NCBI GenBank assembly: GCA_016744895.1
Contig: JADGDK010000002.1
Coordinates: forward strand, 1-63,644
DNA: 63,644 nt
Source of the DNA: Campylobacterales bacterium
Lineage (GTDB): Bacteria; Campylobacterota; Campylobacteria; Campylobacterales; QNZT01
Direction: 5' to 3'
A program made the position numbers and the translations under genes. The notes beneath the pieces are model-generated. The model was not told the origin of the DNA, made no database searches, and saw only the letters and a list, made by a program, of their open reading frames with translations. Numbering within the stretch: the first letter of the stretch is position 1; each line of letters opens with the position of its first letter. Positions 61,766-63,644 of the stretch are shown piece by piece.

Positions 61766-63070
61766 ATGGATAAAACGTCCGAAGTAGAAAAATCAATATC
61801 TGTAAGCAGAAGAGATTTTTTTAAAAAGACAGCCTCAGTTAGTGCTATCGCAGCTACAGGTATAGTGGCACCAAGTGCATTACTTGCTGAAGATGATGAA
61901 AATATCATTCATCATACTAAGTGGGGTACTACTTTAGGAGATGAGTGTAATTATAATCCTTATGGAGTACCATCAAAATATGAACATAATATAGTAAGAA
62001 GGACATCTGCGTTAATGTCATCTGCTGGTGATATGCATGCTGCTATATCGATGACACCTCTACATGAGCAAAAAGGTATTATTACACCAAATGGATTACA
62101 CTTTACGCGTACGCACAATGGTGTAGCTCATGTTGATCCAAATAAATTTAGACTAATGATCCATGGTCTTGTAGAAAAGCCAATAGTACTTACACTTGAG
62201 CAATTAAAAAGATATCCAAGTGAAAGTAGAATTCTTGTTTTAGAATGCCCGTCAAATAGTGCTGCTGAGTGGAAAGGTCCACAGTTTGGTACTTTACAAT
62301 TTGTAAAAGGTATGATGAGTTGTTCAGAGTGGACAGGTGTTCGTTTAAAAACTATTCTTGATGAACTTGGTCTTAAGCCAACTGCTAAGTGGATGCTTGC
62401 AGAAGGTAGTGATGGTTCTGAAATGAGTAGAACGGTTCCTATTGAAAAAGTACTAGATGATGCGATGATAGTATGGGGACAAAATGGTGAAGCATTGCGT
62501 GCTGAGCAGGGCTATCCAGTTCGTTTAATGTTACCAGGCTGGGAAGCAAACCTTTGTGTTAAATGGTTAAAAAGATTAGAATTTGGTGATAAGCCATGGT
62601 ATGCAAAAGAGGAAACTTCTAAATATACAGCATTGACAGCAAGTGGAAAAGCGATACAGCATTTTTATGCAAATGAAGTTAACTCTATTATCACATCGCC
62701 TTGTCCTGAAATACCTTGGACAGATCTTAAAAAAGGGGACTTAGTTGAGATAGAAGGTTTAGCATGGAGTGGACACGGTACGATTACTAATGTTGATATT
62801 AGTTTAGATGGTGGAAAAAATTGGACTGAAGCACATCTTAAAGGTCTAGTCCTTCCCAAAGCTTGGACAAGATTTTCTTATATGTATAGATATGAGGGAA
62901 AACCATTGTTACTTCAAAGTCGTGCAGTTGATGATAGTAAAAATGTTCAGCCAACAGTAAATCAAGAAAAAGCTGTTGTAGGTGTTGAGGGTGTTTACCA
63001 TAGAAATGCCATTTGTACGTGGGCAGTAAGTGAGACTGGGGAGGTAACTAATGTTCAAGTTAGATCATAA
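61766..63070 (+). CDS. soxC: Sulfane-sulfur dehydrogenase molybdoprotein subunit SoxC
   Basis: SRRDFFK Tat signal, GIITPNGLHF, LECPSN Mo-ligand Cys, QNGEALRAEQGYPVRL, VKWL, AWSG, YHRNAI. Confidence 0.93.
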   Translation: MDKTSEVEKSISVSRRDFFKKTASVSAIAATGIVAPSALLAEDDENIIHHTKWGTTLGDECNYNPYGVPSKYEHNIVRRTSALMSSAGDMHAAISMTPLHEQKGIITPNGLHFTRTHNGVAHVDPNKFRLMIHGLVEKPIVLTLEQLKRYPSESRILVLECPSNSAAEWKGPQFGTLQFVKGMMSCSEWTGVRLKTILDELGLKPTAKWMLAEGSDGSEMSRTVPIEKVLDDAMIVWGQNGEALRAEQGYPVRLMLPGWEANLCVKWLKRLEFGDKPWYAKEETSKYTALTASGKAIQHFYANEVNSIITSPCPEIPWTDLKKGDLVEIEGLAWSGHGTITNVDISLDGGKNWTEAHLKGLVLPKAWTRFSYMYRYEGKPLLLQSRAVDDSKNVQPTVNQEKAVVGVEGVYHRNAICTWAVSETGEVTNVQVRS

Positions 63071-63644
63071 ATTAATAATAGCAGGTATCGCTTTATCATT
63101 AAGTACAACGCTTCTTTTGGCAGCTTCTACTCCAAAGTCAGATCTTGGAGTATATGAATCAAAAACGGGTGCTATTGATGGTGGTGTTATCTATCCTAGA
63201 AAAGATGGTAAATATACTGCATATAAATACAATCCACAGAGCACAAAAGGTGTTAGTTTTGGTAGAGCACCTACTGCCAATGAGATCAAAGCTTGGGATA
63301 TAGATGCATTACCAGATGGTACAGGTTTACCAGAAGGTGAAGGTATGGTTGAAGATGGTGATGAACTTTATGAAGCACAGTGTGCTTCTTGCCACGGCGA
63401 GTTTGGTGGTGGTGGAAAAGGTTATCCACAACTAGCCGGTGGTAATCAAGATAAAGATGAAAATGGAATTGTAAAAACTCTTAAAAACCAAAGAATAGAA
63501 CCAGGTATGGATGCACCGAAAAGAACGGTTGGTACATATTGGCCAGTAGCTACTACACTCTTCACATACATAAGAGATGCTATGCCTTATGCACATCCAA
63601 AAAGCTTATCAAATGATGAAGTTTATGCTATCACTGCTTATATA
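63051..63644 (+). CDS. soxD: SoxD cytochrome c subunit, partial (runs off right edge; absent from ORF track)
   Basis: ATG 63051 behind GGAGG overlapping soxC end; FGRAPT..EIKAWDID..PDGTGLPEGEG, CASCH (63381-95), GTYWP, YIRDAMP. Confidence 0.92.
   Translation, partial: MFKLDHKLIIAGIALSLSTTLLLAASTPKSDLGVYESKTGAIDGGVIYPRKDGKYTAYKYNPQSTKGVSFGRAPTANEIKAWDIDALPDGTGLPEGEGMVEDGDELYEAQCASCHGEFGGGGKGYPQLAGGNQDKDENGIVKTLKNQRIEPGMDAPKRTVGTYWPVATTLFTYIRDAMPYAHPKSLSNDEVYAITAYI

Noticed and set aside
3324-62859. Many short (60-140 aa) antisense or alternate-frame ORFs overlapping recognised genes
   Set aside because: No motifs, and they lie largely within well-supported CDSs; treated as shadows
1-63644. 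CRISPR arrays, tRNA/rRNA genes, transposases, integrases, prophage
   Set aside because: No regularly spaced repeats, cloverleafs or recognisable mobile-element proteins seen by eye

Overview
AT-rich chromosomal window from a Campylobacterota (Epsilonproteobacteria) sulfur oxidiser. The backbone follows gene order I recall from Campylobacter (mqnP-hyp-hyp...moaA-queE-queD-cytochrome c lipoprotein...hyp-rsmE-rpmE-rsmI-rlmB-hyp-hyp-aminotransferase-hom-yraN; NFACT-hyp-cdsA-dxr...tsaD). It is interrupted by accessory modules: an OprC-like copper TonB receptor/response regulator/lipoprotein unit, a PAS + soluble HAMP-MCP-CZB chemoreceptor pair, a ~17.4 kb MSHA/Cts-like type IV pilus locus, an orphan Cys-type FDH-like molybdoenzyme, a DUF3015-DUF4105 pair, and a sulfur-oxidation-associated region (two DUF3373-like outer-membrane proteins, NicO-type transporter, DUF302, cytochrome c, Tat-signal type II SQR, soxC, partial soxD). 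Best leads: (1) three large paralogous major pilins, each preceded at ~40 nt by a sigma28/FliA-like TGYCGAT box, which suggests pilin expression is under flagellar late-gene control; (2) two intergenic RNA loci 21 kb apart sharing a 21/25-nt C-rich core, one flanked by convergent -10 boxes, a candidate sRNA/antisense-sponge family; (3) a switch-like structured element between rpmE and rsmI. No rRNA, tRNA, CRISPR array or transposase was recognised. All calls are by eye; no searches were run.
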